DNA of 64,000 nt from an uncultured Pseudomonadales bacterium (lineage in GTDB: Bacteria > Patescibacteriota > Microgenomatia > UBA1400 > PJMF01). Below the pieces are notes generated by a model. That model did no database searches. It had not been told where the DNA came from and saw only the letters and a list, made by a program, of their open reading frames with translations. Made by a program: the position numbers and the translations under genes. Where the stretch lies: NCBI GenBank assembly GCA_964633875.1, contig CAZWKL010000001.1, positions 193,841 through 257,840 of the forward strand, written 5' to 3'. This document shows, in pieces, positions 9,767-19,851 of the stretch. Within the stretch, counting starts at the first letter, position 1, and the number at the start of each line of letters is the position of its first letter.

Positions 9767-10587
9767 GTAAAAAACCCACCATCACCGCTCTAGTTATTGC
9801 CCGCAACGAAGAAACTATGATTGCCAGCTGTCTCAACACTTTGCGTTGGTGCAACGAAATTATTGTTCTGGATGACGGCTCGGTGGACGAAACAGCCACT
9901 ATTGCTGAGGAGTTGGGCGCTAAGATTATCTCTTTTAAACATCAATCTTTTGCCCGCAAAAGAGAAGAGTTGCTCAAACGGGCTAAAACCGACTGGGTCA
10001 TTTACGTGGATGCGGACGAAAGAATCATTCCTACTTTAGCCAAGGAAATTATGGTGCTTTTGGAAACAGGCACGGCTTCAGCGCTGAAGTTTCGCCGCAA
10101 CAATATTTATTATGGTAAAAGGCTCAAGTACGGTGGCTGGGGGCATGATTACGTTACCAGAGCTTTTCGGGCCGAAGCGCTCAAGGGTTGGTTCGGCGAG
10201 GTGCACGAAAGTCCTAAATTTATTGGCGACGAAGTGGAGGTTAAGACTCCAATTATTCATCTTACTCATCGTGACACTGCCAGCGGTTTGCTGAAATCGG
10301 CTTACTGGACACCGATGGAAGCCGAGGCTTTATATAAATCAGGAATCCCTAAAGTAGGCTTTTTTACCCTGATTAGAAAAGGCTCTTTAGAATTTTGCCG
10401 CCGGTTTATTTTTAAAGGCGGTTATAAAGAAGGCATGACTGGCTTCGTTGAGTCGCTGATTCAAGGTATTAACCGAGTGTTGGTTTATATTCAAGTCTGG
10501 GAAAGGCAGCAAAAGCCAACCATACAAGAGAAATATCAAAAGGTTGAAGACGAAATTCAAAACCTTTGGCAGGAGAAAAACGCTTAG
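9763..10587 (+). CDS. GT2 glycosyltransferase (WaaE-like)
   Basis: IARNEE, LDDGSVDET, VDADE, VHE; ATGA overlap with upstream gene at 9763. Confidence 0.92.
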   Translation: MSKKPTITALVIARNEETMIASCLNTLRWCNEIIVLDDGSVDETATIAEELGAKIISFKHQSFARKREELLKRAKTDWVIYVDADERIIPTLAKEIMVLLETGTASALKFRRNNIYYGKRLKYGGWGHDYVTRAFRAEALKGWFGEVHESPKFIGDEVEVKTPIIHLTHRDTASGLLKSAYWTPMEAEALYKSGIPKVGFFTLIRKGSLEFCRRFIFKGGYKEGMTGFVESLIQGINRVLVYIQVWERQQKPTIQEKYQKVEDEIQNLWQEKNA

Positions 10588-10595
10588 AAAAACCC

Positions 10596-11702
10596 ATGAA
10601 GATTGCCTTTTATTCTCCCTACATCCCCGACGTCACTATTGGTGGCGGCGAGAAACACTTGCTTGATATGGCGCTGGCTCTGGCAGACGAACACCAAGTT
10701 TATGTTTTAATTTCTGAAGGCAAGTATGATCGCGAACTTGAGTTCATCAAAGAAAAGTACGAGCGTTTTTTCGGTTTAGATTTAAGTCAGCTTAAGTTTA
10801 TCAGCACACCTCTCGGTTCAGTGGCCGGTTTTTTTCATAAACTTTTATTTACCAGGCAGTTTGATTACTTGTTTTACTGGACGGATGGCTCACTATTTTT
10901 CAGCTTGGCTAAAACTAACAACCTGCACTTACAGATTCCTTTTACGATTTCAAGAAATGGTTTTTTTGACCGGCTTAAGTTGGCCAACTGGCGACAAAAA
11001 AATGCTAACTCCCACTTTACCAAAAAAGTCATTGAGCAGCGTTGGCGCACTAAAGTTCCTTATGTGATCAATCCGATGGTAGATTTGGCAGAGTTCTCGC
11101 CCAACACTAAAAAAGAAAAAATCATTCTCAATGTGGGCCGGTTTTTTCGCCAACTCCACTCAAAAAGACAAGACGTGATGGTGGAGGCATTTAAGCAATT
11201 GGTTGATAAAAATCCTCAACTGATGAAAGGTTGGCAGCTGGTGTTAGTAGGCAATGTGGAAGATAAAAGTTATTTTAATCAGGTTAAACAGGCGACCGGC
11301 GAGTACCAAATCAAGATCATTGAAAACGCTAAAAGGGCCGACTTGCTTGAGTATTACAATCGCGCCAGCATTTATTGGCACGCGACCGGCTTTGCCATTG
11401 ATGAACAATTCGAACCGGAAAAAGTTGAACATTTTGGCATTACCACTCTGGAAGCCATGGCAGCCGGCGTCGTACCGGTAGTAATCAACAAAGGCGGCCA
11501 ACCGGAAGTGTTGGGAGCCAAATTAAGCACGCATCTCTGGGAAACTATTGATGAGTTGAAGGCCATTACCATTTCTCTAATCAAAAACAAAGACAAATTA
11601 GAAAAAGGGCGAAAATTGGCGCTGAAGCAAGCGACAACTTTTTCAAAAGAGCGTTTTACTAAACGAGTCAAGCAAATGATAGCGGAAACTCAAGCAAAAT
11701 AG
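10596..11702 (+). CDS. GT4 glycosyltransferase
   Basis: GGGEK, VGRFF...KRQD, EHFGITTLEAMAAG; start at MKIAFY. Confidence 0.92.
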   Translation: MKIAFYSPYIPDVTIGGGEKHLLDMALALADEHQVYVLISEGKYDRELEFIKEKYERFFGLDLSQLKFISTPLGSVAGFFHKLLFTRQFDYLFYWTDGSLFFSLAKTNNLHLQIPFTISRNGFFDRLKLANWRQKNANSHFTKKVIEQRWRTKVPYVINPMVDLAEFSPNTKKEKIILNVGRFFRQLHSKRQDVMVEAFKQLVDKNPQLMKGWQLVLVGNVEDKSYFNQVKQATGEYQIKIIENAKRADLLEYYNRASIYWHATGFAIDEQFEPEKVEHFGITTLEAMAAGVVPVVINKGGQPEVLGAKLSTHLWETIDELKAITISLIKNKDKLEKGRKLALKQATTFSKERFTKRVKQMIAETQAK

Positions 11703-11717
11703 TATGATAAGCCCAAT

Positions 11718-12635
11718 ATGAATCATCCCATCGATACTTCACAGCCAATTAGTGTGGTGGTTCCGACTTACAACGGTAAGCATTTGTTAAAAAAACACCT
11801 GCCTTCAGTTTTGGCAACCATGCGCAGCGGTGATGAGCTATTAATTGTTGATGATGCCAGCACCGATGACACTGCTCATTGGCTCAAAAAAGCTTTTCAG
11901 CTCAAAGAGGTGAACTTTGACCCGGAAATTGATGATTTGCCAGCCAAATATTTCCCGCCAGTCAACGATATGCAACTGAGAGTTTTGTTTGGCAAGTTCG
12001 CAGAAGCAGCCAAAAAAATCAGAGTCACCGTGATTAGAAACAAGGACAACCTGAGGTTTGCTGCCAGTGTCAATCTTGGTTTTGTGTTGTCTTCAAACAG
12101 ACTAGTATTTTTACTTAATAATGACGTCAGTCCCGAACCCAACGTTGTTGAGAAACTGTTGCCGCACTTCAAAGACGAAGAAGTTTTTGGGGTTGCTTGT
12201 CTTGAATACGAAAACAACCGCGACGGCGAGATTTCTGGCAAAAATAAACTTTGGTTTGAAAAAGGTTTGTTTTGGCACAGCAAAGCTGATAATTTTATCA
12301 GTGGTGAAACCGCTTGGGTGAGCGGTGGTAGCGGTATGTTTGATCGGGAAAAATGGCTGGATCTAGAAGGTTTTGATCAGCGTTTTTATCCGGCTTACTG
12401 GGAAGACACAGATATTTCTTTCCGGGCTAAAAAATGGGGCTGGAAAGTTTTGTTTGAGGAAGAAGCCGTTGTTTATCACCAGCACGAATCCACCAACGAG
12501 AGCGTTTTTGGTCAAAAGAAAATAGAAGAAATCAGTTGGAAACACGCCAACGCTTTTGCCTGGAAAAATGGCAATTTATTCCAAAAACTGCAACACTTGC
12601 TTTGGAAACCATACTGGGCTTGGAAGCGATATTAA
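11718..12635 (+). CDS. GT2 glycosyltransferase
   Basis: VVVPTYNG, VDDASTD, LLNNDV, YWEDTD. Confidence 0.92.
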   Translation: MNHPIDTSQPISVVVPTYNGKHLLKKHLPSVLATMRSGDELLIVDDASTDDTAHWLKKAFQLKEVNFDPEIDDLPAKYFPPVNDMQLRVLFGKFAEAAKKIRVTVIRNKDNLRFAASVNLGFVLSSNRLVFLLNNDVSPEPNVVEKLLPHFKDEEVFGVACLEYENNRDGEISGKNKLWFEKGLFWHSKADNFISGETAWVSGGSGMFDREKWLDLEGFDQRFYPAYWEDTDISFRAKKWGWKVLFEEEAVVYHQHESTNESVFGQKKIEEISWKHANAFAWKNGNLFQKLQHLLWKPYWAWKRY

Positions 12636-12660
12636 CAGTGAGGATAATGAGGGGAGATCG

Positions 12661-13767
12661 GTGTTTTTTAATTTTCAAAATCAACCTCAAAAATACCTGA
12701 CTACTATCGCACTGATAGTATTTTTGATTTTAATTCCAGTCATTCGTTATTGGGAGTATTTCTGCTGTTCAATAGATATCAATGAATACGAACAAAAATA
12801 TAGTACTTCACAATATGTTTTGGGTGAAAAATCACCACAAAAAATTAGCGATTCGGAATTGTATGTGTACGCCGGTTATGCTTATGTGAAAGGCGAGGAC
12901 CCGACCACTATCAATTTTGAACACCCTCCTTTGGCCAAATATTTCTATGGGCTGTTTCACCATCTCACCGGCAACCCCTACCGGGCTAACTTGCCTCTGT
13001 ATGGTGGTATTTTGGGCTTATTTTACTTGTTATCGGGACTAGTTACGTCTAAAAAAGTTTGGCGTTGGTTGGCCTTGATGGTGATGGGTACTTTTGCGCT
13101 GATCCAAGTGCATTTACGTTACGCGCTTTTAGATTTGCCGCTACTTTTTGCTTATTTATTGTTTTTTTATGGATTGTTGGGCAATTTCAAGGGTAATAAA
13201 AAAGCACTCATAGTTGGCATTGGTTTGGGCATTGCTGCAACCGTAAAATATCCGTTTCCACTCGTAGCTCTGTTGGTGATGTTTTTAGCCATTGATGCGT
13301 GGAAGAAAAAAGAACTGAGAGAAGCTGTTATTGCCTTGATTATTTCAGCAATTATTTATTTTGCTTCTTATACAATGTTTTTTGTTCATAATCACAACCT
13401 TCTTGATTGGTTTGCTTTTGAAAAATACCGCCTGAGTTGGTTTATGGGAAAAACTGATGCGCCGAAGTTTCTGAACCTTCACACACTTTTTACTGGCCAA
13501 TACAAAACTTGGTGGGAAGGAGGCGGTTACGAAAAAACTGCTCACTGGTCTATTACTTGGCCATTAGTGTTCGTGGGTTCGGTGGGAGGCTTTCTTCTTG
13601 GACTCAAAAGAAAAGAGTATCGTCTGTTGGTTTTAACTAGCTTTGCTTATTTACAACTTTTAATCTATGGACTAGGAGCAGCAGCTAGTGACAGGTTTTT
13701 CATCACACTGTTGCCGTTTTGGGTATTGGGAAGCGTTTATTTATTAATTACGATTAAAAAACTATGA
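12661..13767 (+). CDS. GT-C membrane transferase, PMT/ArnT-like
   Basis: SDSELY...NFEHPPLAKY, ALLD, TVKYP; multiple TM; probable GTG start at 12661 after GGGGAG. Confidence 0.72.
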   Translation: MFFNFQNQPQKYLTTIALIVFLILIPVIRYWEYFCCSIDINEYEQKYSTSQYVLGEKSPQKISDSELYVYAGYAYVKGEDPTTINFEHPPLAKYFYGLFHHLTGNPYRANLPLYGGILGLFYLLSGLVTSKKVWRWLALMVMGTFALIQVHLRYALLDLPLLFAYLLFFYGLLGNFKGNKKALIVGIGLGIAATVKYPFPLVALLVMFLAIDAWKKKELREAVIALIISAIIYFASYTMFFVHNHNLLDWFAFEKYRLSWFMGKTDAPKFLNLHTLFTGQYKTWWEGGGYEKTAHWSITWPLVFVGSVGGFLLGLKRKEYRLLVLTSFAYLQLLIYGLGAAASDRFFITLLPFWVLGSVYLLITIKKL

Positions 13768-15305
13768 AATTTTTTATGGCTGTAAAAAAATATTATTTAC
13801 CGATTTTGCTTTTATTTTTAGTAGCCTTAACCAGGTTGCCATATCTTATCGACGGAGTTATTCCCTTTGGTTTTGACCACGGCAAAGATTCGCTGGCGAT
13901 CATGAACATGTTGGTCTCCAAACAACTTACTTTTATTGGTCCCTGGACCAGTATTCCGGGTTTGTATTTTGGGCCGGGGTGGTATTACTTGCTGGCCCCC
14001 TTTTTCTTGTTTGGTAATTTTAATCCGGTTTCAGCTGTTTATGCCATGTTTATTTTGGTGATGATTCAAGTGTATTTGGCCTATAAGTATTTTGGTAAAA
14101 TTGCGGCCATTATTATAGCCGGCGCCCCATTCTGGCTGATGATTTCCACCAGCGCTTGGAATCCTTTTCCTATGACTTTACTGACTTTAATTATTCTGAT
14201 TGTTTTCAAAAAGATCAGAGAAGATGGGCTTTTAAATGAAAAACGAGCTTTAGTTTTAAGCTTAGCTGCCGGCTTTGGCTTTCATTTTTCGGCAGCTTAT
14301 GCGATTTTTTATTTTCCTGCCGTTGCTTTAGTATTATTTTATTTAAAACCTAAAACCAATATTAAGGCTGTAGCTGCGGGAGCACTCGGGTTATTATTGC
14401 CTTTTAGCCCCCAACTACTTTTTGAACTCAGAAATAACTTTATCCAAACCAAGTCGGTTATCGATTATTTTAAAGCTGGCGAACCACATACTTTTGGTTT
14501 AGACAAGATTGTTAATGTGATTCGTACTACCTTCAACGATTTAGGCAATGGTTTTTTGCCCGAATTTAGATTACTGTCTAAAAACACTAACCGCTTGATT
14601 AAGCAATTAGTCCTGCTCAGCTTTTTGCCAATTATTTACAGTCAAATTAAGAACAAAAACAAAACTGTTGCCAAAGATTTTAATTATTATTTAGTATTAT
14701 TCATTGCTTTCATACTGATTCCGATGATGGGCTTTTTCTTTCTGCACTTTAATGTTTGGTATGTTTACGCCATGATTCCGGTGATGGTGCTGTTGGTAGC
14801 TAGAATTATCATGATTGCTCCAAAATGGTACCAAATCATTTTTTGTACTTTAATGGTTCTGACTCCTGTTGTTAGTTATCTTGACTATTTGAGCGTTGAT
14901 AAAGCCAAATTACTAACCAATCATTCATTTTTGCCGGTAAAAAAGGAAGCAATCAGGACAATTAGAGAAAAAGCTGGTGCTGAGCCCTTTGCTTCATATC
15001 ATTACTTGCCGGATATTTATGATTTTTCTTACCAGTATTTGTATTTTAGTGATGCTCTCAATGGTAAAGAACTACCGGTTGAGTTTGCTTATATGCCAGA
15101 AGCGGTGCCCTATATAGTGCAAAAAGAATGGTTGTTGACCCAACTGCCTCGCCAACTGAAACAGCCAGACAAAATATTTTTCATAGTTGAAAAGCCAGAA
15201 AATGAAGAGTTTCTTTCTCAGTGGTGGGGTCAACAGCAGTTTGGCGAAATTACAGAAACCATCAAGATTAATGAGACAGTAACTGTTTATGTGGCTACGC
15301 CATAA
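13764..15305 (+). CDS. GT-C membrane transferase, ArnT/PMT-like
   Basis: FGFDHGKD, IGPWT...GPGWYYLLAP, WNP, PQLLFELR; about 11 TM plus C-terminal soluble domain. Confidence 0.72.
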   Translation: MKFFMAVKKYYLPILLLFLVALTRLPYLIDGVIPFGFDHGKDSLAIMNMLVSKQLTFIGPWTSIPGLYFGPGWYYLLAPFFLFGNFNPVSAVYAMFILVMIQVYLAYKYFGKIAAIIIAGAPFWLMISTSAWNPFPMTLLTLIILIVFKKIREDGLLNEKRALVLSLAAGFGFHFSAAYAIFYFPAVALVLFYLKPKTNIKAVAAGALGLLLPFSPQLLFELRNNFIQTKSVIDYFKAGEPHTFGLDKIVNVIRTTFNDLGNGFLPEFRLLSKNTNRLIKQLVLLSFLPIIYSQIKNKNKTVAKDFNYYLVLFIAFILIPMMGFFFLHFNVWYVYAMIPVMVLLVARIIMIAPKWYQIIFCTLMVLTPVVSYLDYLSVDKAKLLTNHSFLPVKKEAIRTIREKAGAEPFASYHYLPDIYDFSYQYLYFSDALNGKELPVEFAYMPEAVPYIVQKEWLLTQLPRQLKQPDKIFFIVEKPENEEFLSQWWGQQQFGEITETIKINETVTVYVATP

Positions 15306-15349
15306 AACTAGCATAGTCGAAAATAAATTTTTGCGTTAGGATAAAAGAT

Positions 15350-16408
15350 ATGAAGAAACACGTGCTGTCGGCTCTGATTATTTTTGCTTATTTTTTTCTA
15401 GTCCTAGATGCTTTTAATATACCCAATCCTTTTGATTCGATTTCTATTTTCGACTCCAGACTGATGGCGGTATTAGCGCCGCTACTTGGTTTTGCGTCCA
15501 TCAAATTTTTTGGAACTAAGCCAGATTCTTTTTTTTGGAAAATTCATAATTACTTGTTATTTCCACTTTGGGGAATAGTGGCGGCTATTTTTTTAGGTTT
15601 AGAGCTGTACCATTACAACACTTATGTCCAAGAAATTTTTGGTTTCAATGTTTCCCGTCTTGTTTATCTGCCTCTGGCAATAGGAGCGACGGCTTTATTC
15701 ACCAAGCCTGTTAAGTTCTACCAACAGCACTGGCGAGCGCTAATTTTTATTGCTCCTGGCGTATTGTTTGTGGCGGCGGCCCTAATTTATGTCAGAAATA
15801 ATTTTATTTTTCGCTGGCTGGTGGCAGAAGATTCGTTGGTGGAATACGTCCAGTTTTTACTACTGATGGGTTCAGCGATTCTGGCTGGCGTGAGCGCCAA
15901 ATTTTGGCTGAGGAAAAATAAATTAATTGGCCTTGTTTTGGTGGCAGCAACGCTTTTATTAGCGCTGGTAGCAGCAGAAGAAATATCCTGGGGACAGAGG
16001 CTCTTAAACATTGACACTCCGGAAGAGTTTGCGGCCAGAAATACCCAGGGAGAACTGACTTTACATAATATTAATTCAGTTTTTGGCTATGTTTATCGTG
16101 GCTACATGATCATTGGTTTGGTTGGCAGTTTGCTTTGGACTATTAAAGCTAGACTGGTGAAATTTTTTGGTGGTCAAATTGGAGCTTTACTGGAAGTATT
16201 GACACCGGATTGGTATTTGTTTTTTTACTTTTTTGTTGCTTTTGCTTATAATTTTGATCGGTTTTATGTGCGGCTCAGAAAAGGAGAGACTCTTTGGGAA
16301 GAGCCAATGGAGTTGTTGCTGATTCTGGGAATTTTCTTATTTTTTCTAGTTCAGTATTTTTCACTCACTCGCCTAGCAGCTAGGATACCGGCTCGTAAGG
16401 TGTCGTGA
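15350..16408 (+). CDS. Uncharacterised polytopic membrane protein with EEISWGQR motif
   Basis: About 9 TM; EDSLVE, EEISWGQR, NTQGELTLHN, WEEPME. Confidence 0.75.
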   Translation: MKKHVLSALIIFAYFFLVLDAFNIPNPFDSISIFDSRLMAVLAPLLGFASIKFFGTKPDSFFWKIHNYLLFPLWGIVAAIFLGLELYHYNTYVQEIFGFNVSRLVYLPLAIGATALFTKPVKFYQQHWRALIFIAPGVLFVAAALIYVRNNFIFRWLVAEDSLVEYVQFLLLMGSAILAGVSAKFWLRKNKLIGLVLVAATLLLALVAAEEISWGQRLLNIDTPEEFAARNTQGELTLHNINSVFGYVYRGYMIIGLVGSLLWTIKARLVKFFGGQIGALLEVLTPDWYLFFYFFVAFAYNFDRFYVRLRKGETLWEEPMELLLILGIFLFFLVQYFSLTRLAARIPARKVS

Positions 16409-16420
16409 TATGATGATTCC

Positions 16421-17218
16421 ATGCTTTCTGTAGTGTTAGCCACTTACAATGAAGAAGCCAATCTCGAGCGTTGCTTGAGTTCGGTGGCTGAGTTTGCCGA
16501 TGAGATAGTGGTGGTGGATGGCAGCTCCACTGATAATACCCGTCAGTTGGCCAAAAAACTGGGTGCCCGGGTCATTAAAACCACCAACAAGCCCAACTTT
16601 CACATCAATAAACAAATGGCTATGGATGCTGCTAAAGGCAAACTGGTGCTACAACTGGACGCGGATGAGGTAGTGGATGATGATCTGGCCACTTTTATTC
16701 TCGATGAGTATAAGGCTAGGTTTGAACACAACACTAAGTCGCCCGAAGCTCAGCCGGTAGCCTGGTGGCTGAATCGAAAAAACTACTTTCTTGGCTCTTT
16801 TTTGAAAAAAGGCGGCCAATATCCTGATCCGGTAATTAGGCTTTATATCAATGGTTTTGCTAAGTTGCCACAAAAAGATGTTCACGAACAGATGACTGTG
16901 ACTGGTGAAGTTGGGGTGGCGGGCGGCCATCTTATCCACTACGGCAATCCTTCATTCGCGGATTACTTGAGAAAATTCAACACCTACACTTCTTTTAAGG
17001 CCGCCCAACTTAAAGAAGCGGGTACAAAAATTACCGTCGGCAACTCTTTTAAACACCTTGTTTGGCAACCGCTACAAACATTTTTTAGTCTTTACTGCCG
17101 CCACAAGGGTTTTGTGGATGGCGTACCCGGCTTTGTTTTTGCAGTGATGAGCGGACTGCATCATAGTATTGCTTACTTAAAATTATGGGAAACTTATGAA
17201 AGTACTGATCGACACTAG
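16421..17218 (+). CDS. GT2 glycosyltransferase (WaaE-like)
   Basis: ATYNEE, VDGSSTDNT, LDADE, YPD, VHE. Confidence 0.92.
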   Translation: MLSVVLATYNEEANLERCLSSVAEFADEIVVVDGSSTDNTRQLAKKLGARVIKTTNKPNFHINKQMAMDAAKGKLVLQLDADEVVDDDLATFILDEYKARFEHNTKSPEAQPVAWWLNRKNYFLGSFLKKGGQYPDPVIRLYINGFAKLPQKDVHEQMTVTGEVGVAGGHLIHYGNPSFADYLRKFNTYTSFKAAQLKEAGTKITVGNSFKHLVWQPLQTFFSLYCRHKGFVDGVPGFVFAVMSGLHHSIAYLKLWETYESTDRH

Positions 17219-18248
17219 TCCGCTTTCCAGTGGTCACGCCATCAGAGGAGTGGGTACCTACACCAGAGAATTGGTGGAGCATCTTGAGCAAATCGAAGGC
17301 ATTGAGGTTTTTCGCTCATCCACTCTGGGAAAAAAGAAAGATGTTAAGCCTGACATCACTCACTTTCCTTTTTTTGACCTCTTTTTTAACACTTTGCCAA
17401 TTGAGATGAGTAAAAAGACGGTGGTGACAGTTCATGACGTTATTCCACTTAAATTTCCCGAATTTTATCCACCTGGAATCAAGGGCAAGTTGAGATTTGA
17501 GAAACAAAAGCTGGCTTTGAAAACGGCAAGCGGCGTTATTACCGACTCGGAGTCGTCAAAAACGGATATTATTGAACGTCTGGGAATTCCTGCAGAAAAA
17601 GTACACGTGGTTTATCTAGCAGCCAATCCCAATCTGGTAGCTCAAAAAGACGCAGTGATTGGTAAAATCCTCAAGCGCTACCAACTGCCCAAAGAGTACC
17701 TTTTGTACGTTGGTGACATTAATTACAATAAAAACATTCCTCAACTGATTAAAATGGTGAAGTTTTTACCTGAAAATCTGCACTTGGTTTGTGTGGGCAA
17801 GAACTTTGTTGAACAAGAAATTCCGGAATGGCAATGGGTTGAAACGCAGCTGGCGCTTAGCAACGTGGCGCCGAGAGTTCATTTTCTCACCAATGTTTTG
17901 ACCGATTCTGAGGAGGATTTGGCGGCTATTTACTCCGGCGCTCTTTGTTATATTCAGCCGAGCTTGTATGAAGGTTTTGGTCTACCGGTTTTGGAAGCGA
18001 TGCAGTGCCGCACTCCGGTGGTGGCCGCCAACACTTCCTCTCTACCCGAAGTAGGCGGAGAGCATGCTGTTTACACCGGTACCAGCGCGGAAGAGCTGGC
18101 GGCAGGAGTGGAACAAATTTTGAGCTGGTCTAAAACCAGACGCGAACAAAAAATCAAGGAAGCTTACAAATGGAGCCAAACTTTCAGTTGGCAAAAAACC
18201 GCGGCCAACACAGTTGAGGTTTACAAAAAAATACTGGGGCAAGAATAA
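17196..18248 (+). CDS. GT4 glycosyltransferase
   Basis: GVGTY, TVHDVIP, KNI, PSLYEGFGLPVLEAM. Confidence 0.95.
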   Translation: MKVLIDTSPLSSGHAIRGVGTYTRELVEHLEQIEGIEVFRSSTLGKKKDVKPDITHFPFFDLFFNTLPIEMSKKTVVTVHDVIPLKFPEFYPPGIKGKLRFEKQKLALKTASGVITDSESSKTDIIERLGIPAEKVHVVYLAANPNLVAQKDAVIGKILKRYQLPKEYLLYVGDINYNKNIPQLIKMVKFLPENLHLVCVGKNFVEQEIPEWQWVETQLALSNVAPRVHFLTNVLTDSEEDLAAIYSGALCYIQPSLYEGFGLPVLEAMQCRTPVVAANTSSLPEVGGEHAVYTGTSAEELAAGVEQILSWSKTRREQKIKEAYKWSQTFSWQKTAANTVEVYKKILGQE

Positions 18249-18262
18249 AAAGAAAGGCAGTA

Positions 18263-19183
18263 ATGAAAATAATCGTGACAGGCGGAGCCGGCTTTTTAGG
18301 CAGGCATTTATGTCGGGCGCTCAAAAATGCCGGACATGAAATTAAGATCATAGACCTCAAAGAAAATCCGGAATTTCCCACTGTGATAGCCGATGTTCGT
18401 GATAGCAAAAAAATGCTTGAGGAAATCAAGGATGCCGAGGTGGTTTTTCATTTGGCCTCGCTGATTGAGGCCGGTGAGTCGGTGAAACAACCAGCCAGGT
18501 ACGCTGATTACAATATTATGGGCACGATTGCCGTGCTTGAGGCCATGAGGCAGAACAATATCAAGACTTTTATTTTTTCTTCAAGCGCGGCCATTTACGG
18601 TGAACCACTTCAAGTGCCGATTAAAGAAGACGATCGCACCCTGCCTATCAGCCCTTACGGGATGACCAAGCTAGCGATGGAGGGCTTGCTTTCTTCATAC
18701 TGTCAGGCCTATGATTTTACCGGTGTGGCTTTGCGCTACTTCAATCTGTATGGCCCGGAGGAACATCATCAGCCTGAAACGCATGCTATTCCTCGGTTTA
18801 TTAAACAAGTTCACGAGGGTAGTGAAGTAACGGTTTGGGGTGGTGGTGAACATCAGCGTGATTATGTTTATATTGATGATATTGTGGCAGCGCATTTGCA
18901 GGCTTTAAATTATGCGACCGCTCCGGAAAATCAGGCAAAATATCACTATTTCAATCTTTCGACGGAAAGAGCGGCTTCTGTCTTGGATATTGTGAAAATT
19001 GTTAGTGATGTTGTGAGTAAAGAAGCCAAGGTCAAGCATTTTCCTGAGAGGCCAGGGGATCCACTGGTGTTGGTGGCAGATGCCAGCAAAGCGAAGGAGC
19101 AATTGGGTTGGCAGGCAAAAGTGCAGCTGGAAGAAGGTTTGAAGAAAACAACGGAGTATTTTTTGAAGCTTTGGGAAAAGTAA
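18263..19183 (+). CDS. galE: UDP-glucose 4-epimerase
   Basis: GGAGFLG, GESV, FSSSAAIYG, YGMTK, LRYFN, ETHAIP, RPGDP. Confidence 0.82.
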   Translation: MKIIVTGGAGFLGRHLCRALKNAGHEIKIIDLKENPEFPTVIADVRDSKKMLEEIKDAEVVFHLASLIEAGESVKQPARYADYNIMGTIAVLEAMRQNNIKTFIFSSSAAIYGEPLQVPIKEDDRTLPISPYGMTKLAMEGLLSSYCQAYDFTGVALRYFNLYGPEEHHQPETHAIPRFIKQVHEGSEVTVWGGGEHQRDYVYIDDIVAAHLQALNYATAPENQAKYHYFNLSTERAASVLDIVKIVSDVVSKEAKVKHFPERPGDPLVLVADASKAKEQLGWQAKVQLEEGLKKTTEYFLKLWEK

Positions 19184-19184
19184 C

Positions 19185-19490
19185 TTACTGTCGCGGCTTG
19201 AACTTGATTTCCAAATTGCTGTTGAGCGCCTCCGCAAGTTTGGTTAAGAAATCAAGCGAAGGACTGGTATTACCGGCTTCAATTCTTGAGATCAAAGATT
19301 GACTGGTGCCAATTTTCTTGGCAAGTTGAGCTTGGGTGAGGTTGAGTTGATATCTTGCCCTAATTAAGTTGTTGACAACTTTTAGCCTGGGCTGTAATTT
19401 CTCATACTCCTTTTTAAATTCGGGATCTTTTAGCAACTCTTTTTTAACTTCAGAGTAAGGTATGGTTCTTGCTTTTAGTTTGTTTTTCAT
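19185..19490 (-). CDS. XRE-family HTH antitoxin (HigA-like)
   Basis: LTQAQLAKKIGTSQSLISRIEAG..PSL HTH; lies downstream of a RelE-like gene. Confidence 0.88.
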   Translation of the reverse strand: MKNKLKARTIPYSEVKKELLKDPEFKKEYEKLQPRLKVVNNLIRARYQLNLTQAQLAKKIGTSQSLISRIEAGNTSPSLDFLTKLAEALNSNLEIKFKPRQ

Positions 19491-19506
19491 AATGTTCTAA
19501 AATGTT

Positions 19507-19516
19507 TGATGCATCA
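19507..19516. promoter_or_regulatory. Perfect 10-bp palindrome TGATGCATCA between toxin and antitoxin genes (possible operator or hairpin)
   Basis: Seen directly in the 31-bp intergenic gap; function inferred. Confidence 0.3.
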
Positions 19517-19521
19517 GCATG

Positions 19522-19851
19522 TTACAGTATTTCATTTCTTCTCGCAATCGCCGTTTTGATCTCCCGAAACGGCACTTTATTGGTTTTCTTTTTGAATGCG
19601 TGCAGTAAAACAAAGACACCACCGATTATAGTATATAAAATTCTCACTTGAATTTTACCGGTAATTCTAAGTTCATATATATTTGAATCTAGTTTTTTGC
19701 TAAATTGTGGTGATATAAATGGACCATTTTCTTCCAATGCATCGATCGCAGAAGCAATTTTTACCCCTGTCTGTGGTTGCTGATTTTTTATAAAGATTTC
19801 AACCGGGTTGTCGCCCCTGGTGTTTTTATAAAATAATACTTCCCAACTCAT
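19522..19851 (-). CDS. RelE/ParE-family toxin (HigB/Gp49-like)
   Basis: WEVLFY..NPV..FI, IYELR, RILY, LLHAFKKKT.K.P..EI. Confidence 0.88.
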   Translation of the reverse strand: MSWEVLFYKNTRGDNPVEIFIKNQQPQTGVKIASAIDALEENGPFISPQFSKKLDSNIYELRITGKIQVRILYTIIGGVFVLLHAFKKKTNKVPFREIKTAIARRNEIL

